Assembly (NCBI GenBank): GCA_009103225.1 | Contig: RHPI01000818.1 | Span: 248,001-311,845 of the forward strand | Source of the DNA: Chlorokybus atmophyticus | Lineage: Eukaryota > Plantae > Mesostigma and Chlorokybus algae | Length of the DNA: 63,845 bases | Reading direction: 5' to 3' | Part shown: piece by piece, positions 25,603 through 39,412 of the stretch | Layout: every line of letters starts with the position of its first letter | How positions within the stretch are numbered: the first letter of the stretch is position 1 | The notes under the pieces: model-generated | The model's input: the letters and a program-made list of their open reading frames with translations, nothing else | Databases searched by the model: none | What the model was told of the DNA's origin: nothing | Program-made: the position numbers and the translations under genes

Positions 25603-26694
25603 GTCTGGTCGACTTAGCTCGCAACCTCCTTCCCAATCTTTCAGGTGTTACACGGTTTCAAACAAACTCCAGCATGCATCAAAGCGCTTGCCACTCCAAG
25701 CCCAGGCCCTGCTTGTCGCAAACAAAGCTGAACAAGCATGGCCCAGGCCGAGCTTGACTTCAGCCTCGACAAGAACTCAACAGCGGTTACCCGACAGGAG
25801 CGTCACCAACTCGATGCTCGCCACAGACAGACCGATTGGGCACAGCGCCGCTGAACCCGCCGTAGCCTGGTCCGGCCCAGCCTGTTCGCTTGTGGCAATT
25901 AGCCGGGGTTCTGGCTTCTGACTAACAAATGGCTTTTGCACGTAGTGTTTAGCCAAACAGTTACAACAAGCATCGGCATTTGACACTACGCTAACTTCGG
26001 CTTCCTCTTAGACCGACGCTTTGGCTTCTACCAGTGCAATGCACTCCTGGTCTGGCCTGGCCTGGCGGCGGATGCTTTCCGGCGCCAAGTGACAGTTGAG
26101 CAGCTAATAGCTGCATTGCTCGATAATTACCAATTTCTAAGGACGGTCAGCTGCGGGAGCGGCTTGTGGCGAGCCGCTGCATGAGCAGCAGTGCGCAGCA
26201 GTAACAACCACAAGTGGGCAGCATGTAAGCTGCATGGAACTCAGTTGCTGATGTGCAAATGTCGCAGCATCGGATGTGTTCAATATGTGATCGAGCAGCT
26301 GCATGAGGCGAAGTAGAATGTGCTGCTGTTGATGCACGTTTGTATGGCGAAACATGTAGTCAGGCAGGTACAGGTTTAAGCCTTAATTTTGCTTGATGGT
26401 CAGCACTGTGGCTATGGTCAGCACTGTGGCTAAAACTGTGTAAATGTACTCTTGCGCCAAGGTTGTTTGAGCTCAAGACGCCACATTGCAGCAGACGTAT
26501 TCAGGACGAGAAGCAAACAAATCAGCTTGCTGGTGACATCGTCAACTTGCTGAAAGCCATGATGCTTACACAAGGCAATCAAGTGCTACACCGGGCAACA
26601 ACCGATGCTCCTGCCAGTGATTAGTAGCTTCAGTGCTATGGCCATGTGCTAATCCTTGGCCTTGAGTCTCCTCTGCCCTGGGTTCATCTGTCCC

Positions 26695-29600
26695 ATGTTG
26701 GGTATACCTCCCTATGCGGGTGGGCCGCTGGTCTCTGCGCCTGGGCCTGCAGTGAGCGTTGTGCCGGAGGACAGAAGGGCGCCAGCAGACGACAAGGCAT
26801 GCCAGACTGCTCCTGTGCAGAAAGGCGGCCAGAAGGCGTGCCAGACTGGGGAAGGACGTCAGGAGGGGGAGGTGAGTTGGTCCTTGCCGCGTAGCGTGTG
26901 TACGTGGGCTTGGGTGTGTGGTGTAATGAAAGCGCAAATGCCCGCTGCACACTCAACCTTGCTGCATGTGCGCGTTCGCGTAGGTGTGTTGAATAGTGTG
27001 CGTCGGCATCCACGCATGTACACGCCTGCGCGTGTGCGTGATTGATTGTGCGTGTTTATGAATGGTCGTGTGAGTGTAGTGTAGTTTGCGCAGGTACGTG
27101 TGTAGTGTGGTGGGCAAGGGCTCCTGCATGTGTGTTTTGCAGCAGCATCATACACAAGCGCGCATGCATTCATCTCATGCACGCGCACACCTGTGTGCGT
27201 GAGCAAATGCTTGAGATGGTGCACATGTTTATGTACATGCACGTTAGTGTGGTTTGCGCATACGTGTGTGTAGTGCGAAGCGTAAGCGCTCATGCGTACA
27301 TGTATTGCAATATGATCATAGATAAGTATGCACTTGTGCATGTGCGTTGACACCTATGTGTATTGTGGAGGTACTACTGTGTGCGCGTGCAGTGTGATGC
27401 GTTTGCAGTGCTGTATGTATGGGAAGCAGCATTGGGTCAATACACTTCTTCTCACTCTCGAGCACTGTTACAGGCTCAAACAGATGTGGCGCTGTCGTTG
27501 ACACGTTCCCTGCTGTCAAACGAAAGACAAACAAACAGCAATGATGAACTATCGTTGGCAAGATTCCTCCTGCGTGTTGAGCATGTAGTATCGGAAGCGC
27601 TCCAAGAAAACGACTCAGCTTGGAGCGAAGAACAAGGTGGGGAAAAGTTGCTGTGAACTCATTGCAGACGCTTGTGCATTGAGCGGACCAATATTCTGTC
27701 GAGAGTTGGGTCACACACTTCAAGTATAAACTGCATTGCGTGCATGCTGGTTGCTCATGGCAATTGGTGATTGCAGAGTTGTCCAGGCTGCGCAACGATA
27801 CAGCTGGCCCGGCTGTTGCCTCATTGGCGCACGCACTTGACCCCTTTGCTGCTGCTGTCGACAATGAGGGCAGAAATGGCGCCCATGAGCACACTGGTCT
27901 TGAAGTTACTGGACTCAGCTGGAATGCCTCAGGATACGTCATCGCTGCTGCGTACGTGTAGTTTTACACCATGATACTGACAGTGGCAGAGTGTCAGACG
28001 CACAGTAGACAGAATTACATGTGTGGGTGTAATGGGAAGCATGCGCAGGTATGGAAGCCATGAAGAGAGGGGCTGGGGTTCGCACTCAGGCGCCCTGTGT
28101 ACTTGGAACCTTGGGCGCAAAAACATGCAAGCCAACCAACCTGACCGCATCATCCATACCAGTGTATGACTCTGAGTTCCTTTGATGTTCGCAAGCAGAT
28201 GGCTTGTTGCCAAGCTGATCAGGTCTTGTCCAGGCAACTAAACGCTTGCATTGCCGCAGAACTCGTTGACGTGCTGCGCTTTCCACCCGACCCATCCCGC
28301 CCTCATAGCCGGTGGCACATTTTTGGGTTAGAGGCAACTTTCGTAGTTGGGGTAAAGCCCAACACACCACTCACCGCATGTTACTCAGGTGAAGTTTATG
28401 TATGGGATTTGAGCAGAGGAAGTGACGAGGACCCGCAGCGAGGGGCTTCGCGTGCGGGACTGCTATCCCATACGGCTCCCATCACACAGGTAGCAGCTGC
28501 AATGTTTCATACGCAAGAGTTTGCTAAAAGAGCTGACACTACTACTGTACTCCCGTTCAGATTGTTTGGAGGTATGATGGTGTTGCAGCAACTGCGCATA
28601 TTGAATCTGAGCTGGGTTACCGGGTAAGTAACAGTGCAATGCCTTGGCGGTTGTTTTATATAATGTCTTTGCTGCACTGCATGCAAGGCTGTTCCGCTAA
28701 TCATGCCTGTGAAGGTGTTGACGCTGAGCACTGATGGCCGCCTGCTTGTTTGGGACTGGACTAAGCTTGATGCCCCAATATACGGGTAGGTTAAAATGTT
28801 ATCAGAAGCAATGCAGCGTGTTGAGTTCATTCCTCATCTCCGTCACGTGCACAACATACTGCATGATTTTGCAGGTATGAGCTGTCATATCCTAGGCCTG
28901 ACTCTGAATTGCCCATATCTTGGGGAGGTGAGTAGCACGATCACCCTTTTCTGTGGCGTGGGTGTGTGATACATGTGTACTGAATGCAACTTCACAACTA
29001 TGATGGCGCATGATCCCAACAGGCACGTGTATGTCATTCGCTAGCGAGGCGGAAGGTGCCTGCGCAGTCGGCACCGCTGCTGGCATGGTGCTGAACTGTC
29101 TGCTTCCATCTACATCATACACACAAGCACATGAAGGTACTGGACTCCTTTCCCTTGCCCCTGTCTCCCTCCCCATCCCGCACATCACGGAAGAAGTTAC
29201 CGCAAGCTATTGCTGCTGAACCACTTGGTGTTCTCATGAAGGGCCTCACAAGTACCCTAGTGCGGTGCGTTCGCGGCGCGCACTCTCCTCCTCTCCAATA
29301 ACTTCGGTGTCTTACTCCCCACACGTCCGGAACGCGCTCCTTTCAACAGCTCTCGACGGGCTTGCAACGCTCTCATGTCAAGTGAGAATTCAAGTGTTCT
29401 ATCGACAGCCACAAGCATATAGTACCTCGCGCATGAGTCCTGACGGTTGTGTGAACCGATGTGCAGGGTGAAGAGGTGTTGGCTCTGAGCCCGTGCGAAG
29501 GCGAGAGCGAGTTGTTTGCTGTTGAATGGAGCCCCGCACGCCCGTTGGTTTTTGCTGCTGCTGGGGGTGATGGGCGACTGTACTTTTATGATTTGCAGGT

Positions 29601-29983
29601 AGTGTGTCTCAATGGAGTGCACCACCATGCACAACACCGTGGTGCCTTAGTAAGGGAACCAACATGAGATCGTCTTGCTCAGGAGAGCACCATGCATCCG
29701 TGTGAAAGCGTCATGGTTGGTACTCAGCAATCAGCTAGAGGTGTCTCGCTGCCTGTACGCTATCTTGCATTCAATCCTCATGTGAGACAGTACCTTGCAA
29801 CAGCGGCAGGATCCTCAATCAAGGTGAGCTTGCGCTTCACAAGCGTGATGCACGTGTACATGAACGTGCATTGAGTGGGGTTGTGTTGTACAGGTATTGG
29901 AGTTGAGCCCACGATTGACGGAAGTGAGGCGCGGGGAGCGTCGGCTCTTAGATCGATTGATTCAGGATGCTATAGCAAGTTAA
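26695..29983 (+). CDS. WDR34: Dynein-2 (retrograde IFT dynein) intermediate chain WDR34/FAP133-like WD40 protein, ~13 exons
   Basis: Spliced segments match WDR34 in order: KACQT repeats; [12 protein letters not shown]; [21 protein letters not shown]; GALCTWNL; [30 protein letters not shown]; [13 protein letters not shown]; [22 protein letters not shown]; [28 protein letters not shown]; [15 protein letters not shown]. Stop at 29981-29983. The junction near 29137-29295 is ambiguous. Confidence 0.88.
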
Positions 29984-30730
29984 TCTCTCAAGTGCTTTTG
30001 CACTGCACTGCATGTGTGATCAGTGTGATGGGTCAACTCTTTGTTTGGTGCTACCTGTTGCGTGGTCCAAAACGGGGGAGGTATGTTGGCCTTCGCGTTG
30101 ATGTACAGGTAGTGAATTGCTTGTGCGTTGTGATTGGCTGAGGGTCGCGGTATTGAAGAGAGCGACGACAGTGGCGCTGGGCTTGCCACAACCTGCCCTT
30201 TCAACTACCTTTTCGGATGTTGCAATGCTCTTGGCGAAGGCTGCATGCCAGCGTGTTCGGTTTGTTGATTGCGAGGTGTATTTGCATTGGTGATGTAAGT
30301 GGCTGCACCAGGTTGCTATGTGTTTAGCACTACTGGCTTGCATATTGCGACCATGCATCGTATTGAACATGACATAAAAGCCATGTGCTGTGTGGTGGTT
30401 GCAAACCCAGTTCTGATCCTCTTTGGTCATGGACATGGTCAGATATGTAACAGGAATGTAGCGCGTGACTTGTCCTGATGAGGGGTGTTGAAACTATGCA
30501 TAGCAAGGCAACAACTGGCCCGCAGGGGGGGGTAGGGGAGGAGAATCGGTGTTGACTGTGACATTGAACTACAACAGGGCATGCAAAGCACTCATGCGCT
30601 AACCGTGACTCCTGTGGCTCAGCCAGCAAACTAGTTCTGGACACAGGCTGCGTTACACAGCGCGCAACAATGCCATTACAATCATCTGAGCAAACCATGG
30701 TGCGCACCCTACTACCCTCCCCGTGCTACT

Positions 30731-32544
<1,814 letters not shown>

Positions 32545-33650
32545 GACAACAACACCCGTGCGGCGGCCACGCAAAGGCAATCCCCTTACGACAACAGCAG
32601 GGAGTGTCCTTCTGAGGTGGTGTCTTGCATGCAATGGAAAATTGCGCAGCACCTGGGAAAGGGGACAGACACTTGTTATGCATGTGGGTGTGTAAATGCA
32701 TGCGCACACGCGAGGGCTCAGCGAGTAAGAATCGTACCTACATACAGTACACAAAAGCAACAGATTTGAGTGCAAGCCTTGCACTCAAACTTGTTGCTTG
32801 TGTTCACCGTGTACTAGTAGTCAGACGTGCGTGTGAGTGTATGTCTATGTATGTGTACAATGTGTACAGGTGGACATGTGGGCACCACAGTCCCAATGCT
32901 ACAGTACATTCTTAACTACAAGCTTGCATGTCGAGGTGCTTGTTGTAACAGGGATTATGCAGGTGCACATGCACGTGTCCATCACGCACAGGCATTGTAT
33001 GTGTATGAGTTGCAATCTGAAATAGGCTTGTGTGATGACACCTAACTGATGGCATGCCACAGAACTGCCATCCAGCACAACTTGACTGTCGCATGAGTAT
33101 GTAAGCAACATCTTACTAAACTCGCAACAAACCTGGCATAAAGACAGTTATGGTAATAACGACGGCCGTGACGAAAGAAACGCAGTAAATTACAAGACAA
33201 ACGTGCGGTGCGTAACATGCCAGCGGAGCAACCCTGGTAGCATATCAGCTGACAAATTTGTGAGTGAGTGAGTGGGTTGGTAAGTCCTTGTCAACGGTTG
33301 ACATGCACATTCCACCAGTGGCAATCTCAAGCACTGTACTGTAGTTGCATCCATTGCATGCGTAAGTATACAAGTTCTCACGCTGAAGGCAGGAGCTGCA
33401 ATCAGGCTGCGAAGAAGAAGCATGCGCGCACTAACACCAGGCGCCACGCCCTAACATCACGCAGGGTCGCTCGCTCAGTCTCGCTTGGCAGCCCAAAGCC
33501 ACTCACCCAGAGCCTCCTTCTCCTCAATCACCACGTCCACCTTGTCCTCCTCCCCCTCCTCGTTCTCCTCCTCCGCCGCCGCCCGACAAACAGACGCTGA
33601 TCTTGGTTAGAGCAGACTGCAGCCTGGCGAGATTTTGCCCTCCGAAAATC

Positions 33651-33870
33651 GGTCCGGTTCGGTCGAAGATCCACGCTTCGAACCGGACCTATTTTGGAGG
33701 GGGACCGGGCTTGTCAACTGGATCGGTCCGTCACATTGATATCGAGGCTGTCTCCTCCGATAGATATCAGCGTTGATCCGCCACGTCGACCATTCCCGCC
33801 ACGTGTGCTGAGGTCGATATCGACGCCATGGTAACTCTATACAGCCTTGCAGATATCAATCAATCACGTG
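33651..33870. promoter_or_regulatory. Putative shared promoter between the divergent SDR and RNF32 genes, with an inverted repeat, 4x GATATC and 2x CACGTG
   Basis: 11-bp inverted repeat 33651-33661/33679-33689. GATATC at 33738, 33763, 33816 and 33852. CACGTG at 33800 and 33865. Function is inferred from position only. Confidence 0.4.
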
Positions 33871-34649
33871 ACCGGCCCAGCGGCGGCGGCGGCGGCTGTG
33901 GTGGTGGTGGTAGTGGTGGTGTTGGCCTGGCTGCCGTTGTGGCGCTGACTGGACGCCGCCGGGTGTAGGCCCTAAGGGTTGGACACGGGAAGGGGCCGAG
34001 TGGAAAGCGAGCGAGTTTCTCTTCTTCAGCGTAGTGAGATAAGCGGATGGCTTGTTGCTGTTGGCGCTGCGTGCTAAGGCGTGGTGACGGACAAGGTGGG
34101 TGATGATGATGAGGTCAGGTAGAGGAGGAGGAGGAGGAGGGAGGAAGCGCTGCCTTTCTACAACTCCAGATGTAAGTGTGCAGTTGCAGATCATGGTCTT
34201 CATCTTTGTGAGATTATTTATCTTGTTGTGGTGTGCAATGCAGACAATGTGATATTTTCCAGCAACGGGGGTTTTGCCAACCCCACACTAATGTAACGAA
34301 GACACGAAATTGGTTGAACATTGATGTATGCGTTGAGATGCGCACATTCGTACACACAAACTGTGCATGTGGGCAATATAAAAACGCACAAACGCACGCA
34401 AGCAGGCGCGCACGCACAGCCCTCATGGTGTGATTAGACAGGTGTAGAAGAAATAGTGTGCGAGTGTCAAGTCAGTTTCAGTTTGGGTGCCGGCCACAGC
34501 GGTCGTGTACATAAGGGCAACTGAAAACCATGAGGACACATACGCGCATTCAAGCACGAGCACGCGCATGCGCACAAACACGCAGCGACAGCGTGCATGT
34601 GAGTGAGTCTTACATAAATTTCTCAACATGTCGGCAATGTGGATTTCAG

Positions 34650-36533
34650 GCTCAGCTGCTCCACGCAGCGGCTTTCCAGGATCACTTCGCGCGCTCGCTC
34701 AAGCTCAACGCCATCAACAACGTCAAGCACCAGACCAAGCAGAAGAAGAAGCAGGCCGCCGCCGTTGGGCCCGGTGACAAGGATGCGGACAGCACCGGAG
34801 ATCGCACCTCCACCAACACGACAGACACTGACAACATCGACGATCAACAACACCGCCAGCGTCTAACACTTGGTAGTTACCCACATGTCTGTTATCTATC
34901 GCATCTAAACGATAAAGTGTCAACATGAAATCATATCGCAAACGGCACGCATGCTGCACTAGCAAACATCAATGGGCCCGAGTGTTATGCTGTGTGTATG
35001 TGTGCACGCCCGCGCGCGTACACGTGCGTGAGAGTGTTCAGGATGAGCCTACTCCTTCCTCCTCCTAGTTGTTCGTGCTAGCTGCCTTGCACGTGTCTAC
35101 GCATACATGTGTCTACGGCTGCTCCATGTAGGTAGTTACACCCTTCTAACTGTAACTCTGGTTACCAGCTCAGCGGCTCGGGCTAGTTGCCGCTCCCCCT
35201 CCCCGCCAGTCTCTTCGCTCAGCCCGCGCAGCCGCCCGCCAGCGAGGCGACCGCGCCTGCCCCGTCTGCCGCGAGCCCTTCCTCCAAGCTGTTGACACAC
35301 ACAACCACAACTACAACCACAACCATAATGGGCGCCAGCTGCTTCTCAGCTGCTCCCACACCTTCCATCATGTGAGGAGAGGGGGGGAGGAGGTGTCGCT
35401 CACTATTTTGTATATGAGTGGTGAGTGAAGAGAACCTGTGCATGTGCAGGCGTGTTTGAGGAGTTGGGAGAGGCATGTTGGAGGGAGGGTTTGTCCCGTG
35501 TGCAGAGGGGAAGATTATGTTACCACGGTTATAAGCGACGGGGCCAACTATGCCCGCGCACATGCTGCTACCGTGTAAGTGGCTATGGTAAAAACTAAGT
35601 ACCTGCTTAAGGAGCATATTGCTGTAATGGTTGTCGCTGTGCAGCATGCAGGCCGCATGGAGGGGTTTTCTTGCGCGGGTTCGGTTTCAGCGTCTCTTAG
35701 CGAGCATCCCGCCAAAGAGCCCCTCTGCGCGGCGCGTCTTCTTTGCAAATAAGGTGTGTTGTGTTCTTATTGTTGTGTGCTACCGTAAGCGTTGGTTGGT
35801 TGTGTCACAAGTTGTCCTTGAAACTGCAGTTGGAGGGGTTGAACAACGCTCTGCTGCACGACATCCAGAGCGAGCGCAGCGAATACGACGCGCTCGTAGC
35901 AGAGATGGACGCCGCTATCGCACACAGCCACTGCATATACAGGTGCAGAAGTGAACACTTGAGAAACAACATCAGGCTCACGTGCAATGTCAACCTTATC
36001 TGTGTGCTCACCACATACACACGCACGCACACACAGGCTTGCTACTGGTCATGCTGACTCCCCACCTTGCTCGCCTGATGCCCTGCCACCTGTATCTCCG
36101 ACACCGCCTTCACCTCAGAGGGTGCCTCAGGATACCATATGGACAGAGGCAGCCATCAAGGTGACAGACCACAAGACCACCTCACAACCACACGCTAGCA
36201 TAATGCAACACACTGATTCATTTGCCTGTTCAGGCTGTTGAGCGCGGTGCAGAAGACTGTCCCATATGTCTGATACCTTTGGACACCCCAGCATCAGGCC
36301 ACGTTTATGCCGCCAATACCGATGATAGCAACCTTCCCCAGCACCGATCCATTGCTTTGCTGACCTGCAGCCACGTTTTCCACTCGCAGTGCATTGCGAA
36401 CTTCGAGGCATTCACTAAAAGAAACAAAGGAGACAGAAATGTTGTTGGCAGCCAGGGCAGTAACAGTAGTATCAGCAGTCATCTAGCGTGCCCTGTTTGC
36501 CGCGCAGCCTACCAGCGCAGCACCTTTGTATAG
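34650..36533 (+). CDS. RNF32: RING-IQ-RING protein RNF32-like; start codon exon not identified
   Basis: AAAFQDHF; RLTLAQRLGL; RING1 CPVCREPF...LLLSCSHTFHHACLRSWE...CPVCR; IQ motif ATVMQAAWRGFLAR; RING2 CPICL...LLTCSHVFHSQCIANFEAF...CPVCRAAYQ. Stop TAG at 36531-36533. Confidence 0.88.
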
Positions 36534-36959
36534 ACATCTGCTGCAACGATTACCTGGCGCTATTCGGATCTAGCTGTTTGTCCTTCCAGATGCAGTAACA
36601 TATCGTTTGCCCAACGGTGACGGTGCCGTGCTCAGATCGGTACGAACTGCAGGCTTGGTACAAGTTGATGACATGAGAACCTCAGCAACGCAGCAGTACT
36701 GCCAATAGTGGCTACAAGGCCTCAAGGTCCTGCTCTGCGGCAGTCGTGCTAAGATGCGCAGCAAGGCTGTGAGTGTTGAGTGCACTATGTGAGCAGAACC
36801 CCACCACTAACTCAGGTACTAACTCAGGTACTTCTTCCCTCACACAGCCACTCGTGCTTGAATGAACAGGTCCGAAATGGTTCGTGCACAGATGTGTGCA
36901 TGAATCATTGACCCGTGGCCAGGGTACTAGCCATGGGTCAATGACTAGTTCCACAACAA

Positions 36960-37172
36960 CTATTGCGACAAATCATCATCAGAGCCCTTGGCAACCTTCA
37001 TATCTTGGACGTCAGCATCGCTGTCATCGTAGTCATCATAGTCAGAGTTAGAGTCGTTCTGGTAGTTGTCCTCATCGCAGTCAGAGTGGCTGTCATGGTT
37101 GCACACCCTGCAACTGCACTGTACTGCCAAACAGTGGCCAAAACCTACAGATGGGCTTGCACTGCAGAGCAC
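36960..37172 (-). pseudogene. 3' remnant of the F-box/LRR-like gene (paralogue of 49779-51372)
   Basis: VQCSCRVCNHDSHSDCDEDN...KVAKGS matches VQCSCRLCNHDSDSDYDEDN...EVAKGS at 49717-49850. Flanking non-coding DNA (36820-36920 vs 49600-49700) also aligns. No upstream LRR exons are present. Confidence 0.75.
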
Positions 37173-37652
37173 AATTTAGATGCTAATGCTGTAGCAAACC
37201 ACACGTACGCTGATGGGCGACACTGTGCAAATCCATAGCGGTGCGGTGGCAAGCAAGTATTCAACGAGGCACACAGCCAGCTTTCTTAGGTACCCAAAAG
37301 CACAACACACAGGCACGCACGCATGCTTGTGCTAATGTACACAAGTATACACATCACAAACAACCCTTCGGGGTGAAAGCGCACGCCTTGACCACCGCCC
37401 TCACGCCGTCAGGAATCGCAAAGTGAGGCAACTGATGTTTAGCTGTAATTGAATAGCGCTTACCAGGCAATGCGCCACCACCTTGCGCAATGCTTGCCGC
37501 TACTGCTTTTGCGCTGGCACTGCCGTTGCTGCAGGGGAGGTCTGCCCTAGGCTTGGGAGTGCCCCTGACAGGCACACCCTGACCCCAACCCTCCCTCCTC
37601 GGAGCAGATTGCAGCACTGCTGCGTTGCAGCAGGCCAAGGCCAACGCCTGCT

Positions 37653-38633
37653 TGTCACGCCCACAGGGCAAGCAAAAGTCATTCTCTGTCCCTTACTTGT
37701 GTGGTAAGTAAGATGAGACCAAGTGGGGACCCACACTACGCAAGCGTGTGTAGTGCTTGTGGGTGTGCTCTCATGTAGGTCTGCTCTAGAGCCTGTGCGG
37801 CCTTGAGCATGATGAACTACACAAGGCATGATTGCAAGCACAGGGCTGATCATAGCCGATGAGACATCATGTGATGTACAGAGACATGTGTGTGCATATG
37901 TCCGCATGTGTATGCATGTGTTTGCATATGTGTGCACATGTACGCATATGAGTGCATATGCGTGCATGAGAGGTATGTACTAGATGTATGCATGTATATG
38001 CATGCATGCGCATATGTGTGCATATGCGCGCATATGTATGCATAAGGATGCATATGTATGCATGAGTATGATGTCCTAGGCTGATGTGACCAGCCAAGGA
38101 CGTTCACAACGTCCAAGGATGATGTGTGTGATGTCCTAGGCTGATGTGACCAGCCTAGGGACGTTTACAATGTCCGAGGCTGATGTGGATCAGCCCTAGA
38201 CATGAGTTGTGGTCAACGCAGCCATGACAAGGCATGTAGCCTTGGACTTGAATGGATGTTCTAGGTCGGAGAGCAGCAAAGAGAGGGTATATGAACGGCC
38301 TCAACATGTGTTGAGGCAGCTCAGCATGTGCATACTCGACTCTTGTGTGTGGGGTGCCTAGTTTAGTTGTTCAAGGGGCTCTCCCTCTCATCCCATGTGG
38401 GGTGTGATGTCCGTGGCAGCTTTGCACATGTGTGTGAGGTGTGCTTGAGTGTGTGAGTGTGTGGGAGCTGAGTAGAGAGGTTGGTGTCATCCTCTCCTTC
38501 CTTGGTGCGGTGCTGTGACTTCCTCTGCAAGGTACTGCACCAGTGACGCTGGTAGGGCTTCCAGTAGTAAGTCCTTGTGCTTGTGCATAAGTTTGCCAAG
38601 CCGCCCAGCAAGTAAGTGAGTGGTATCGTTACA
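37653..38633 (+). repeat. 5' LTR (981 bp) with an internal (ATGC/ATAT)-rich tract and a ~60-bp tandem duplication
   Basis: Near-identical to 43918-44899 (about seven differences seen). gatgtcctaggctgatgtgaccagcc occurs at 38070 and 38130, with a degenerate third copy near 38172. Confidence 0.95.
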
Positions 38634-38635
38634 TN

Positions 38636-38976
38636 GCCTCAACATGTGTTGAGGCAGCTCAGCATGTGCATACAATCATCAACTCTTGTGTGTGGGGTGC
38701 CTAGTTTAGTTGTTCAAGGGGCTCTCCCTCTCATCCCATGTCGGGTGTGATGTCCGTGGCAGCATTACGCATGTGTGTGAGGTGTGCTTGAGTGTGTGAG
38801 TGTGTGGGAGCTGAGTAGAGAGGTTGGTGTCATCCTCTCCTTCCTTGGTGCGGTGCTGTGACTTCCTCTGCAAGGTACTGCACCAGTGACGCTGGTAGGG
38901 CTTCCAGTAGTAAGTCCTTGTGCTTGTGCATAAGTTTGCCAAGCCGCCCAGCAAGTAAGTGAGTGGTATCGTTACA
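38636..38976 (+). repeat. Extra partial LTR (3' third) following a single-N junction
   Basis: Repeats the last ~340 bp of the LTR. It differs from both full LTRs by a 5-nt insertion (aatca) and about four substitutions. Confidence 0.9.
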
Positions 38977-39412
38977 TTGGACTCGGAGCTTGCATTCCAA
39001 GCCTTGCATGCTTGCCCATCAGCTCATGCACTTGCTGCACCGTGCGTGCGTTGCATTCTTTGCTTGCACGCACTACATGGCAGGGTTTTGAGCTGATTGT
39101 GCATGCTAGTTGGTGCGTCCAGCTGCGTGCACACTTGCATGCACGATGTGGGTCGTTCTACACGCTGATTTGAGCATTAGTTGTGTGTTCTTGCTGCACA
39201 TACACAGCATTACACACGCATTGGCTTGTTGCTGCACCAGCTGCACGTGTGCGCGTGTGTGCGCGCGTGTGCGCGTGAGTGCATCTGTTACAGGGACCTC
39301 ACCTTGTGGTGTTGGCCCTAACCTTTGTGGCAATGGCTGAGCAAGAGCATACAGCAAGAGAGGAGGTATCTTGGGGCAATGATGTTGCTAAGACCACCCG
39401 ACAGCTTACACT

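Noticed and set aside
38978-38989. Assigning the PBS to a specific tRNA
   Set aside because: TGGACTCGGAGC matches the initiator-Met PBS TGGTATCAGAGC at only 9/12 positions; it cannot be assigned without the tRNA set.
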